The notes under the pieces: generated by a model
The model's input: only the letters and a program-made list of their open reading frames with translations
What the model was told of the DNA's origin: nothing
Database searches by the model: none
Made by a program: the position numbers and the translations under genes
Shown: piece after piece, positions 7,829 through 18,000 of the stretch
Layout: the number at the start of each line of letters is the position of its first letter
Numbering within the stretch: position 1 is the first letter of the stretch
Source: a virus
Lineage: Duplodnaviria; Caudoviricetes
Reading direction: 5' to 3' (one strand)
DNA: 41,099 nucleotides
Virus record (IMG/VR): IMGVR_UViG_3300022719_000282
Location: 1 to 41,099 of that record

Positions 7829-9656
7829 CTTTCAAGATTTGATTGATATTGTCCGCCGCGATCTCGGTGATGAAGATAAAACATTATATTCAGACAGAGA
7901 AATCGTAGAATATCTGAATGAAGGCCTGCGCGATTATATTCAGCACTCAAAAAGCCTTCGCGTCTCAGCCGAAATACCATTCAAGGCAGACCAGAATATT
8001 TATTCCTTTCCGGACAACCTTCTTGAACCAATTCTTTTTGAAGACAAAGACGGGAATCAGATAACCGAGCAATCCAGCGAATGGCTGAGAAAGCAGTACG
8101 GTAATGATTTCATGTCAAAAACGGCGTCCAGGCCGTTGCACTATTTTCGGGATTTAGACAGCGAAAATAACTTTAGATTCTACCCCTCCCCTGACGCCAA
8201 TGTACCCCCGACAACCTTCGAAGGCGGATGTATTTTCCCGTTTTACAATTTTTTCACAGCCGGCGATGATAGCCAAGATGGAATCGTCACATTTGGTATT
8301 TTTGAAGGGATATTATTTATCATTACTCATACAAAGATATTCAAATACCAAATCAACAACGATGGCCTTGGATTGACGTTGCTTGACTCATTTAGCCACG
8401 GGAAAACGATTTCAAGCAAGTTTACTGATGAAATTTCCTGGAATGCATATTTTCAGAACCCAAAAAATTTCCAGGTTGACGAGGAAAGACGGCCGGGGAC
8501 ACTGTTGTTTCACGACGGCAAGGACGACAAAATATATATTTTACAGTCTGGAACGCAGATATTTATAGAATTAGTCGTCTTCAATCTCTTAATTCATACC
8601 AACGACAATCTCCAATTGATAATCGGCACGAATCAGGATAATGGCGACGTAGTATTTTTCATGGGGAGAAATATTTCAACAGGCGACGTCCTTGTTGGTC
8701 GGCAAGCAATCGATGGTTCTATAACGACATATATCCACACTGCTGAAGATGCCGATGTAGACTCGGAAAATATCGGCCCTTGGGGGTTTTTCGATTATGA
8801 CATCAACAGAGAAGATAACCTGTTCTATTTTTGCGTCACTGCAACTACTTCTGGAACCGGACTTTATCAAGTTAGCATGGCTTCGCCGTATACAAAGACG
8901 ACGATAACCACAAATACAGTAAAGGGAGTCAGTTATACGAATGGCGCACTTTATTTCAATGATGTTACGGAAGGGAAGGTAAAAAAATGGGACGGTTCTG
9001 AAATAACGGAAACGAATATTTCCTACACCGGCGGAAATTATATGGTGACAACCGATAAAGGATTCATCGTCCGTGACACATCGGTTTCCAATTGGTCGTT
9101 AAGTCATATCAATGTGACGACAGAGGAAACGATAGAAGTCTTTTACCAAATGATGTTTGAAGCATATAATCGCGGCGCCGTTAAGGAATTTCATAAGGCT
9201 AATTCATGGTATCACAATGGCCGGTTGTATATGAAAACGGACACGGTTCTTGGATATATGCAGTACTGTTTGTTCGTTTCCAGTGTCGACCACGGAGTTT
9301 TGCGGTATACCGACGGGACAGGGTTTTCCAGTGAATTTGGAGGTCTGGTCAAGGCATCGACATCGTCAAACAAAATGCATTCATTCAATCAAGAAAATGG
9401 CGGCGTCGTTGCGCATTATGATGACTCAGAACATGCCACATTGTTTTACGCCAGAGAACCCACCGATGACACGGTTGAAATATCCGAACCTATGGCTTTG
9501 GTGAATTATGCAAAATATCGATGTCTTCAAAAGAACGGATCGCGTCAGGACGAAAACAGGGCATCCATTTTCTTTGGCTTATATCGACGTCTTCGAGGAA
9601 TAAACATATCGAGGCGCAACAACCGAACTGTTGGCTCACAGCCTATTTACTATTAG
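7815..9656 (+). CDS. Head-tail adaptor (DUF6682-like) with large internal insertion
   Basis: N-terminal LIDIVRRDLGD..YSDREIVEYLNEG..YSFPDNLL and C-terminal ALVNYAKYRCLQK are adaptor-like; about 400 aa of beta-rich sequence lies between them. Confidence 0.7.
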   Translation: MQKFNFQDLIDIVRRDLGDEDKTLYSDREIVEYLNEGLRDYIQHSKSLRVSAEIPFKADQNIYSFPDNLLEPILFEDKDGNQITEQSSEWLRKQYGNDFMSKTASRPLHYFRDLDSENNFRFYPSPDANVPPTTFEGGCIFPFYNFFTAGDDSQDGIVTFGIFEGILFIITHTKIFKYQINNDGLGLTLLDSFSHGKTISSKFTDEISWNAYFQNPKNFQVDEERRPGTLLFHDGKDDKIYILQSGTQIFIELVVFNLLIHTNDNLQLIIGTNQDNGDVVFFMGRNISTGDVLVGRQAIDGSITTYIHTAEDADVDSENIGPWGFFDYDINREDNLFYFCVTATTSGTGLYQVSMASPYTKTTITTNTVKGVSYTNGALYFNDVTEGKVKKWDGSEITETNISYTGGNYMVTTDKGFIVRDTSVSNWSLSHINVTTEETIEVFYQMMFEAYNRGAVKEFHKANSWYHNGRLYMKTDTVLGYMQYCLFVSSVDHGVLRYTDGTGFSSEFGGLVKASTSSNKMHSFNQENGGVVAHYDDSEHATLFYAREPTDDTVEISEPMALVNYAKYRCLQKNGSRQDENRASIFFGLYRRLRGINISRRNNRTVGSQPIYY

Positions 9657-9665
9657 GAACTATCC

Positions 9666-10463
9666 ATGGCATTCGAAAAAGCATTATTGGGCGTTGAAGA
9701 CATTCTCAGAGACTTCGAAGGTGTTTCAAGAACATCCAATGTACGTACATCCACTGGCGGCGCCAGAAATATAACCGGGATAAATGCATCGCATATTCCG
9801 GTTACAACCACTGTTCGCAATGCATTATACGCGGATGGAACAAGCGCCGCTGCTGCCGGAGATATCGATGTCGATGCGATTCTTCATCAAATACTTAATG
9901 ACTTGGACGACCTTGGGCAACCGGACGGAACGACACTTGAGAATTCATCCGGGACGTTGCAAATCAAGGATTTGGGCGTCTCAACAGCGAAGATCGCTGA
10001 CGATGCAGTGACCGGGCCGAAAATTCCCGACGATACAATTGACAGCCCGCATTACATTGACGGAAGCATTGACAGCGAGCACTTGAACTCTACCAACGGA
10101 TCGGAGGCGGTAACGCAGGGTGTTATTCGCGCCGGCGCAGTTGGGACAACGGAGCTTGCTGACAATGCCGCCAATATCGACAAGATGGATATGGACGGTT
10201 CCGGAACGGCCCCGGCTGCATTCATAGTGTCGGCGGTTAGGGCGTCATTGGGCGGCGGCGCCTCAAGTGAAACCGTTGGCGGTTTTACCGGATTAACTGC
10301 CGGTATGATGTTCCTGGCAACGTGGAACATCAATAATGCGACAGTTAAAGATATTCGGTCGGTCGAATATAACTCGCCCACGCAGGTAACGCTCACTACG
10401 TCAGCAAACATTGTCGCCTCTGACGTAGTAACCATCATTGCATTAAAGGTCACCAGCACCTAA
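9666..10463 (+). CDS. Tail fibre-like virion protein
   Basis: VSTAKIADDAVT / AVGTTELADNA 10-residue fibre repeats. Confidence 0.65.
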   Translation: MAFEKALLGVEDILRDFEGVSRTSNVRTSTGGARNITGINASHIPVTTTVRNALYADGTSAAAAGDIDVDAILHQILNDLDDLGQPDGTTLENSSGTLQIKDLGVSTAKIADDAVTGPKIPDDTIDSPHYIDGSIDSEHLNSTNGSEAVTQGVIRAGAVGTTELADNAANIDKMDMDGSGTAPAAFIVSAVRASLGGGASSETVGGFTGLTAGMMFLATWNINNATVKDIRSVEYNSPTQVTLTTSANIVASDVVTIIALKVTST

Positions 10464-12412
10464 TGCCAAGGGATGTCATAAACAATTTCAATGGCGGCGC
10501 AAATAATTTCCTCGCGCCCCACTTACTCAATGCAAAGGTCGGGCAGGTAGTCCACAACGCCAATGTCGAAAGCGGATCACTCGTTCCCATAAAAGGACGA
10601 TCTGGGATATCGGCTCAAGATCATCCCAACGTAAAATACCAGAATGAATCCGGTTCACGATCGATCGTGCGCTTCGGCAATAATTATTTCTGGAGCGACA
10701 ACGATACAGGGGAGCTGGATTCATCTCTGGGATATTTTGGGATTGATCCGCCTAGAGAACAAGTGACAGTAACGCTTGGAGACATCGGAGACAGAATAAC
10801 AGGAATCCATCGATTTAGAATCCGCTTTCGTGACACGTCTAACAATGTTTCGTCGTTCAACCTTCCAGGTAATAGCGGCGCGACCGACGTGGAGATCGAT
10901 GCAACCAAAAGGATTGTCGCAAATATTTATCCGTCATTTAGAGCTGAAAATTTCATACAAACCGTTGAATTTGATAACTTTATTTCTCCCGAGGCTACAC
11001 CAATAGGGAGACTACTATTGCCGGTAAAAATACGAGGATATAAATCCGGATCGTTTGTTACTCACCAGAATAGCAATTGGAGGGCAAGGAAATCGAACGA
11101 ATTTATAATTAGAGATGAAAATCCAGAGTTTGCAGCACTTTTATATCTCCAACAGGATGAAAATAATGCTTACATACCTCGTTTGGGTCGTAATGTCCCC
11201 GTAGTGGATAAGCCGGATGAAACACTATTTCCAGGGGGAACTGGAAATAGATGGGAAAAGCTGAATGACGTCATTGAGACAACAGGAGTTGATACTCTAA
11301 TATTATCAGAGTTTCCTGTTCCCATTGAAACAGGCGCAACCGGAATCGACTCCATTGACATATTTGCTACGCCTCAAGACAGTTCTGATTTCTACTTTGT
11401 AGATACGGTAAGAATATCAAATGGAATATATAACTACGCTTTAAGGGATGAAGAACTCGTTTCCAGGCCACTTATCGATCAAGATCAGGATTTTTTTCCT
11501 CCATTGTTGAAATTTGACGGCGGGTTTTGGCAAAGGGTCGGCGGCAGGTATTTGACCAATATAAACGAGAGATATTGGCTTGCTTCAGAATCTATGCTTT
11601 ACCATTCGAAGCAAAGCGATCCGCATTTATGGAATCCATCGCATTCCGTTTCGTTTGATTCTAAAATAACTGCTCTTGCAAAATTTGGCGAAAGCATACT
11701 TGTCTTTATCGGCGATGGCAACCCGTATATTGTCAGCGGTACAGTTGACGACGGGACCATAACCAAAACACAAATACCCTCGACGCAGGGATGCCCAAAC
11801 TGGCGGACAATCTCGTATGCCGGCAACGCTCCTATATGGCAGTCAAATCAGGGAATAGCGATCGCGCAATCTCAGCCGATCGGGGTGATACCGACAATAT
11901 CGGTAATCAGCAAAAACCGTTATCGATTTGACGAAATCGGTAGATGGGCAGTGGCCCACAATGATGATTATCATTTGTTCTTTGATGGCCACGAAGTTGT
12001 ATTCGACCTCGCTGACGGACGATTTTATACGACAAGTACAAACGGATCGTTCGGGTACAGCGATAATATTTTGGGGAAACTGATTATTTATGACGCGGGA
12101 ATAACGTATCAATACGGCGGCGGTGAGGTTCGAGAACTAGAATGGAAAAGTCGGGCGCTCCTGGGCGACGTCACGGATTTGAAACGATTTACCCGTTGCC
12201 GGATTCTCGGCGATCCAAGTTCAACGTTGCTGATTTCTCTCTGGAGCGACGGTCGGCGTCAGCTTAGAGACAAGGAGGTGGCGACAGATGAAAATGGATA
12301 TAAGGAGTTGTTGTTGCCGAACCCGCCGGCATACAAGACGGAAATCAGCTTGAAGTCTAGGGCAACAATTCATGTCGTTCGATTGGATTACGATGAAATT
12401 GATACTCGATAA
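10463..12412 (+). CDS. Tail nozzle / head stabilisation protein (P22 gp10 or T7 tubular B-like)
   Basis: INNFNGG start, YHSK..DPHLW, ITALAKF, TQGC...TI..SNQGI motifs; position in tail cluster. Confidence 0.72.
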   Translation: MPRDVINNFNGGANNFLAPHLLNAKVGQVVHNANVESGSLVPIKGRSGISAQDHPNVKYQNESGSRSIVRFGNNYFWSDNDTGELDSSLGYFGIDPPREQVTVTLGDIGDRITGIHRFRIRFRDTSNNVSSFNLPGNSGATDVEIDATKRIVANIYPSFRAENFIQTVEFDNFISPEATPIGRLLLPVKIRGYKSGSFVTHQNSNWRARKSNEFIIRDENPEFAALLYLQQDENNAYIPRLGRNVPVVDKPDETLFPGGTGNRWEKLNDVIETTGVDTLILSEFPVPIETGATGIDSIDIFATPQDSSDFYFVDTVRISNGIYNYALRDEELVSRPLIDQDQDFFPPLLKFDGGFWQRVGGRYLTNINERYWLASESMLYHSKQSDPHLWNPSHSVSFDSKITALAKFGESILVFIGDGNPYIVSGTVDDGTITKTQIPSTQGCPNWRTISYAGNAPIWQSNQGIAIAQSQPIGVIPTISVISKNRYRFDEIGRWAVAHNDDYHLFFDGHEVVFDLADGRFYTTSTNGSFGYSDNILGKLIIYDAGITYQYGGGEVRELEWKSRALLGDVTDLKRFTRCRILGDPSSTLLISLWSDGRRQLRDKEVATDENGYKELLLPNPPAYKTEISLKSRATIHVVRLDYDEIDTR

Positions 12413-12839
12413 ATTAAGAACAAGCCTCCAGCGCTCAATTGCTTGTCAGCGAATGACAAATGATACTGTCTCGAAATTGGAAAATAAGGTTAAGGAAATT
12501 AATAATCAGACAAATTACCAGACAGTATCCACTCCGACGGGATCGCTTTGGACCGACAATAAGCCAATATGGCGAAAGGTAGTCGATCTCGGCTCGCTTC
12601 CTTCTTCTTCATCGTCAGTTGCACATGGAATATCTGATTTAGACAATGTTGTGTCCCTTTCTGGAATAGCGAGAGATGGAAGCACATACTTACCGCTTCC
12701 ATTTGTTGAACAGTCTGCCGGCGGGACGATTCATTTGTCCATAAGCGGAGACAATGTTGAACTGTATGTGGCGTCTCACGTGAGTTATACTTCATACACT
12801 GGTGTTGCGATAATCGAGTATACAAGGGCGGGGTCGTGA
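12393..12839 (+). CDS. Tail-associated protein (fibre tip-like domain)
   Basis: TGSLWTDNKPIWRKVVDLGSLP..VAHGI..IEYT pattern seen in phage fibre C-termini. Confidence 0.55.
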   Translation: MKLILDKLRTSLQRSIACQRMTNDTVSKLENKVKEINNQTNYQTVSTPTGSLWTDNKPIWRKVVDLGSLPSSSSSVAHGISDLDNVVSLSGIARDGSTYLPLPFVEQSAGGTIHLSISGDNVELYVASHVSYTSYTGVAIIEYTRAGS

Positions 12840-13303
12840 ACTACAGGGCGGCAACATATCATGATGTTTCGGAAATTACTGAATTGTACGTTCAATTTGT
12901 TTCGGAATTGGAATTATTCGTGTCGGGGCTGCGGTTCGATCCGATCTCATGGGGATATTGGCTTGCGGATCAAATTGTCAACAATTTCAATTATCACTGC
13001 ATCGTTGCCGAAAACGGAAAGATTCACGGAACCTATGCTATTGAGATTATCAAAAGCAAGTATGATTCAACCCAATTAATTGGGAAAGAGGACTTTTGGT
13101 ATGTTATTCCGGAATCAAGGAAATCACTGATCGCTGGCCGCTTGGCAAGCATGGCGAAGCGTTGGGCAAAAGATTCCGGGGCCGAAATCATGGTTGAGAC
13201 ATTACAACGGCAAAGCGATGACGTTATGAAACAAAGACTTGAAAAACGCGGATCGGTTTTAATCGAATCAACGTATGCAGGAGTGATCAATGGCAGTATT
13301 TAG
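12836..13303 (+). CDS. GNAT acetyltransferase
   Basis: YRAAT..D start, EDFWYVIPESRKSLIAGRL...AK..GA GNAT motif A; typical position before ejection genes. Confidence 0.8.
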   Translation: MNYRAATYHDVSEITELYVQFVSELELFVSGLRFDPISWGYWLADQIVNNFNYHCIVAENGKIHGTYAIEIIKSKYDSTQLIGKEDFWYVIPESRKSLIAGRLASMAKRWAKDSGAEIMVETLQRQSDDVMKQRLEKRGSVLIESTYAGVINGSI

Positions 13304-13895
13304 CGCATTAGTAGGAGGAAGTGATTCCGATGCAAATACCAGAAGATCTGAGGAAGCGGCAAAGCGTTCTGCCAAGGTTCAGGAAGATGCTTTGGCGTTT
13401 GCAAAAGAACAATTTAAATTATTTCGACCGATAATTAAAAACACTACCCGGTTTTTTTCCAACATTCCAATTGATGACATTGTCAGCGGCCGTGTTTTAA
13501 GTAAGCGTGCGGAATTCTTGAGCGCTCAAGCTGATCGTGCCGGTCAAGATCGATTGCGCAGGGTCGATGCGGAATTGGCTCGTCGCGGGATTTCCAATGA
13601 TGCGGCCGGGCAGATATTCCGTAGTCAAGTTGGACGAGATGTGGACCAGCAAAAGAACGCAATTCGAGCCGCCGACATCGATAACACGATGAATCGATTG
13701 TTTGACCTTTCAAGGGTTGGCGTCAATCAAGGCCAATTCACCACAAGCTCAGGAATACAGGCATCGAAAATATTGAGCAATCAAGCACTTGGCTTCGAAC
13801 AGATAGCAACACAAGAACGAATTAACTCCTCCAACATTGGCGCTGAGATTCTGGGAACGGCTGCCAGCTTTATTCCAAGTCCAGGAGGCAAATAA
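13290..13895 (+). CDS. Putative ejection (DNA transfer) protein
   Basis: Ala/Gln-rich helical, LARRGIS motif, glycine-rich hydrophobic ends; synteny. Confidence 0.6.
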   Translation: MAVFSALVGGSDSDANTRRSEEAAKRSAKVQEDALAFAKEQFKLFRPIIKNTTRFFSNIPIDDIVSGRVLSKRAEFLSAQADRAGQDRLRRVDAELARRGISNDAAGQIFRSQVGRDVDQQKNAIRAADIDNTMNRLFDLSRVGVNQGQFTTSSGIQASKILSNQALGFEQIATQERINSSNIGAEILGTAASFIPSPGGK

Positions 13896-15029
13896 ATGCC
13901 ATTTGCAGAGGGAGTACAAGCAGGTGTTTCTATCCAGCGACAAGACTTACAAGAGAAGTTGTTTGAACTGAATAAGAAACATCAGGAAGCAGAGCAAAGG
14001 CGCTCTGGGGTGAACGAGCGGATCGCTTTGGAAAACCTTCGAATCAATCGAATGGAGGCGGACGCGAGAATTGATACTATGCGTCGGAGAGATGAAATTT
14101 CTGCCGACAGGATCGAGGCTCAACAAGCTCTTGAACAACAGAATGCTATGCTTCTCGAGGACTTGCAAAAAGCCACAAGGATTAGAAACCTGATCAATCG
14201 GTACGATGACTTTGTCAGCATGGACATTGACAATCCTCGGCGGTCACGAGAAAAACTTAAGCTTTTGCGTGACATGAAAACGACATTTGGCAATCAATTC
14301 GAATTCATAGAAACCGAAACCGGGACGCCATTGCCCGGAATGATGGACCCGAAAACGAATCAATTCCAGCCTTTTACTGTCCCGGATATCGCCATTACGT
14401 TGCGCCAGGCGGAGGACGCGATAATCAGCAGCAGCTCGAGGTTGCGCGCTCGCGGGATCGACATTGATAACCTGATTGGCGAGCCGGAGACGACAAACCA
14501 GGTGCAGCTTTTTCAGCGCGGAGATCAAATTGCCGTAGTGGACAAAGCAACGGGGGCCCTGCAAAGCGTTTTCAGTCCATTCAGTGATGAAGAGCAGCAA
14601 CAGCCATTTGACGTCAAGGTTATTACCACGACAAAATCGTTTAAAAACGATGTTACCAGTCGATCATCGCAGGATATATCGTTTATTTTCACTGACCGGG
14701 AAACCGGTCTTCCAGTTGGGCCTCCAGTTAAAGCGTCTGAGTTTACTGACGAAATGAGGCAGAAGCTATTGGAAAAAGCCAACCCTCAGAAATCGATGCT
14801 GGAAAAGGCTTTACCGTTTTTGAAGGAAAAAGCCAACCCTCAGAAATCGATGCTGGAAAAGGCTTTACCGTTTTTGAAGGAAAAAGCCAACCCTCAGAAA
14901 TCGATGCTGGAAAAGGCTTTACCGTTTTTGAAGGAAAAAAATTCATCCCAGCCTGAGAATGGAACGATTAAGGATGAAATTGAAAGGCGAAAGCCTAAAA
15001 CCATTGAAGAATTTATTGGCGCTCAATAA
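13896..15029 (+). CDS. Putative ejection protein with C-terminal 18-aa tandem repeat
   Basis: FAEGVQAG start, coiled coil; synteny. Confidence 0.6.
   Translation: MPFAEGVQAGVSIQRQDLQEKLFELNKKHQEAEQRRSGVNERIALENLRINRMEADARIDTMRRRDEISADRIEAQQALEQQNAMLLEDLQKATRIRNLINRYDDFVSMDIDNPRRSREKLKLLRDMKTTFGNQFEFIETETGTPLPGMMDPKTNQFQPFTVPDIAITLRQAEDAIISSSSRLRARGIDIDNLIGEPETTNQVQLFQRGDQIAVVDKATGALQSVFSPFSDEEQQQPFDVKVITTTKSFKNDVTSRSSQDISFIFTDRETGLPVGPPVKASEFTDEMRQKLLEKANPQKSMLEKALPFLKEKANPQKSMLEKALPFLKEKANPQKSMLEKALPFLKEKNSSQPENGTIKDEIERRKPKTIEEFIGAQ
14771..14939 (+). repeat. Perfect tandem repeat, 3 x 54 bp plus 7 bp
   Basis: Units start at 14771, 14825 and 14879; encodes EKANPQKSMLEKALPFLK. Confidence 0.95.
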
Positions 15030-18000
15030 TGGCTGTAGTTGATGAATATAAATCAATGGTGTCCTCTTCTCAGTTTAGGACGCTTGATCCGGACCAGAAA
15101 CGCCAAGCGACTATTGAATTTATTCAACAGCAAAACGCAAGGGGCCGCGAATTATTTGGGGACCAATGGGAGCCGCATAAACTTCAGAAAGCACTCATAA
15201 ACCAGATTCCAGAAGAAAGCTACGATCCCGGAATCGAGGTAATAAGCCCGTCTATACAGAAGTTTTTCACCAGCCTTGGCAATTTAACGTCGAAGCGTCC
15301 TCATGAACCAGAGAAAGGCGAATTTAGTACTGATCGGGTATCGGAACGTGATCCATTTTTAATTGCCGCAGAATCGTTGAACACAGTGAACCAGGCGGTA
15401 GAAAATGTGATGACGTTTCCAATCGAACAACTCGGTCAATTAGGCGAGGCCGTTGGTGAGTCCACTGGTTTAGAAACCGTACAAGAGATAAGCGGATCAA
15501 TCAAGGATATTGCTCAACGGCGCAGGGATAAATTAAGACTTGATGAACGCGCCTCCGAAATATCAAAACTATCAATCACCCATCCGACGAGGATCGCCTT
15601 TACTGTTGAACAGAGTATACCATTCATGGTAACGTCGCTGGCCGGTGCAGGCATTATGAGTGCGCCGGGCGCAGCGGTCGCGGCGTTGCCATTATTAGCC
15701 GCCGATAATTTTGACGAACTAAAGGACAGATTTGATATTGGTGAAGCCCTCACCCGGGCGTTTACAGCAGCAATACCGCAGGCGGCATTAGAATCATACT
15801 TTCCAGCGTCCCTGGCAAATAAAGTCAAATTCGGGAAATTAACGAGGTTCTTTGACATGGCATTGTCGGCTAAGTCAATAGACCAGGCAAGGGCCCTGTT
15901 AAACGCGGCCATAGCCGAAGGCGGAACGGAAGCGTTGCAAGAAGTTCTTTCCATCAGTTCAGGCGCTGAATCATTTGCCGATGCGATCAATGGATTGTCT
16001 TCCAAGGAAGGAATAAAACGATTGTCTGAGGCTGGCTTTGCCGGTGGCGTTCTTGGCCCCTTGTTCACTGGCGCATTAGGATTCACGGAGCAAACGACAA
16101 GTCAAGGGCGAACAGGAAGCGAACAGCCTGGCGAACTAGATGCGCCTCAGAATCAAGAAACCGAAGAACCTGTTCAAGATGTGCAAGAATCGCCAATCCA
16201 AGGCACGCAAGAAGTTCCAATTAACAAGGGGCCGGAAGGAAGTCAAGTAGAAAGCGATCTTAACACGGACGACGATACGTTTGTCGAATCGTTCCAGAAA
16301 TTGGCAGAACTCCCGAAAATACCTGCAAAGACGAATGAAATAGCAGGTGAAACATCAACGCTGATTATTTCTCCTGACACGAAGCCGTATTCCAATCAAG
16401 TATCAGAAGTGATCGATCGATCGGCAATCGACGCGCCATCGTTCAAAGAAACCATTGGAAATCAAGAACAAGACATTATCGGACAATCAAAACAAGAATT
16501 TGAAAACGCTGGAATAAATTTCATCATTCGGCCAGAAAGCTTTTCAAGAAAAGCATTTAAAAACTTTGTCGATCACACAATAAGAATAGCAGATGCTCAA
16601 AAACAGATCGAAGAACAGGGGGGATTTGTCAGCCTAAAAACCGACGTTTATAAGCAGAAGCGCTTATCGACCCGTCGGATCGCTGCTCGTATTAATTGGT
16701 TTGAAAGAAACGTAATGAAACCTTTTGTTTCCGTGTTGTCTTCATCAAACGTTACATCGGAACAACTGGATTTATATAGACATGCGAAACACGCATCGGA
16801 ACGAAATGAAGCAATGGGCTTTGACGGCGCCAGCGGCATGACAAATGAGCAATCCGAGAAGATTCTTGGAGAGTTTAGCAGTGATGAAAACGTTTCCTTG
16901 AATGTTCTCAGTTCCCGTCTTGATGCAATTGTTGATTCAATTTTGGAGTATCAGGTTAAATCCGGAATCCTATCCCCAGAACAAAGACAGCAAATATCAC
17001 AGAAATATGAATTCTATTCCCCGCTTGGTCGTGAATTCGAGGAATTCGCTTCCACAGGAGGGGTGACCGGCAAAGGATCAGGAGTATTGGGCACCGGAAT
17101 TTATCGTGCAAAAGGAAATGTCGAGTTAAAAGTTCTCCCGATTACTGCCCAAATCATGGCAAAAGCACAAGGAATAATCGAGCAGGTAGAAACCAATTTG
17201 CTTGTCAAGACTCTTGCCCAGCTAGTAAGGGATAATCCTTCGTCAAATATATGGAGCATAAAGTCCAGGAAGGCAATAGGGAAAACGTTTGGGGAAGATG
17301 GCGAAATAATATTTGCCAAACCGGATGACAATGAAATCGGCTTCCGAGAGGATGGCAAGCAAAAGTTTATCGCGATACACGATCTCGCCTTAAAGAAAGC
17401 AATGACCAGCGAGGATTTGTCGAAATCAGTTCCTATTTTCCGTGGAATATTGCAATTTCAATCAAAAATGATTACGGCCTGGGACATTACGTTTGGAAAG
17501 CGCAATTTCGAACGAGGCCTTGGCGAGGCTTTGATCAATGTTCAGGAAATCCGCCAATTAGAACTTACCAAAGACGAGGCTAAAGGTCTTACCCGCGAGG
17601 TTCTAAAAAACACCCCGAGTGCAGTCTTGGGGTATCTGCGATTCCTAAATGGAAAGCCTAGCAAATGGTCAGATATTGTCCAGGATTTTCAATTCGAAGG
17701 CGGTGAAAGCGGCGCATTCTGGCTGCAAGACATAAAGCGACTAAATAAAGCGTTGAAAAAGCATGAGAAACGATTCTCGCGTCAAGGCTTTAAGAAGCTG
17801 CAAAACGCGCCTTCTTTGGCATTGGAGTTTATCAATGACTTAAATACAGCAGCGGAAAACGCAAGTCGCGTAGCGTTATACGATTCCTTGGTTAAACGTG
17901 GCGTTCCCAAAAAACAGGCCGCATTTATTGTAGGAGAATTAACCGTTGATTTTCAGCGACAAGGTGAATATGGACCGACAATCAAATCGCTTTGGTTATT

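Noticed and set aside
14771-14939. Possible CRISPR array
   Set aside because: Units are contiguous and identical with no spacers, in-frame in a CDS, and there are no cas genes
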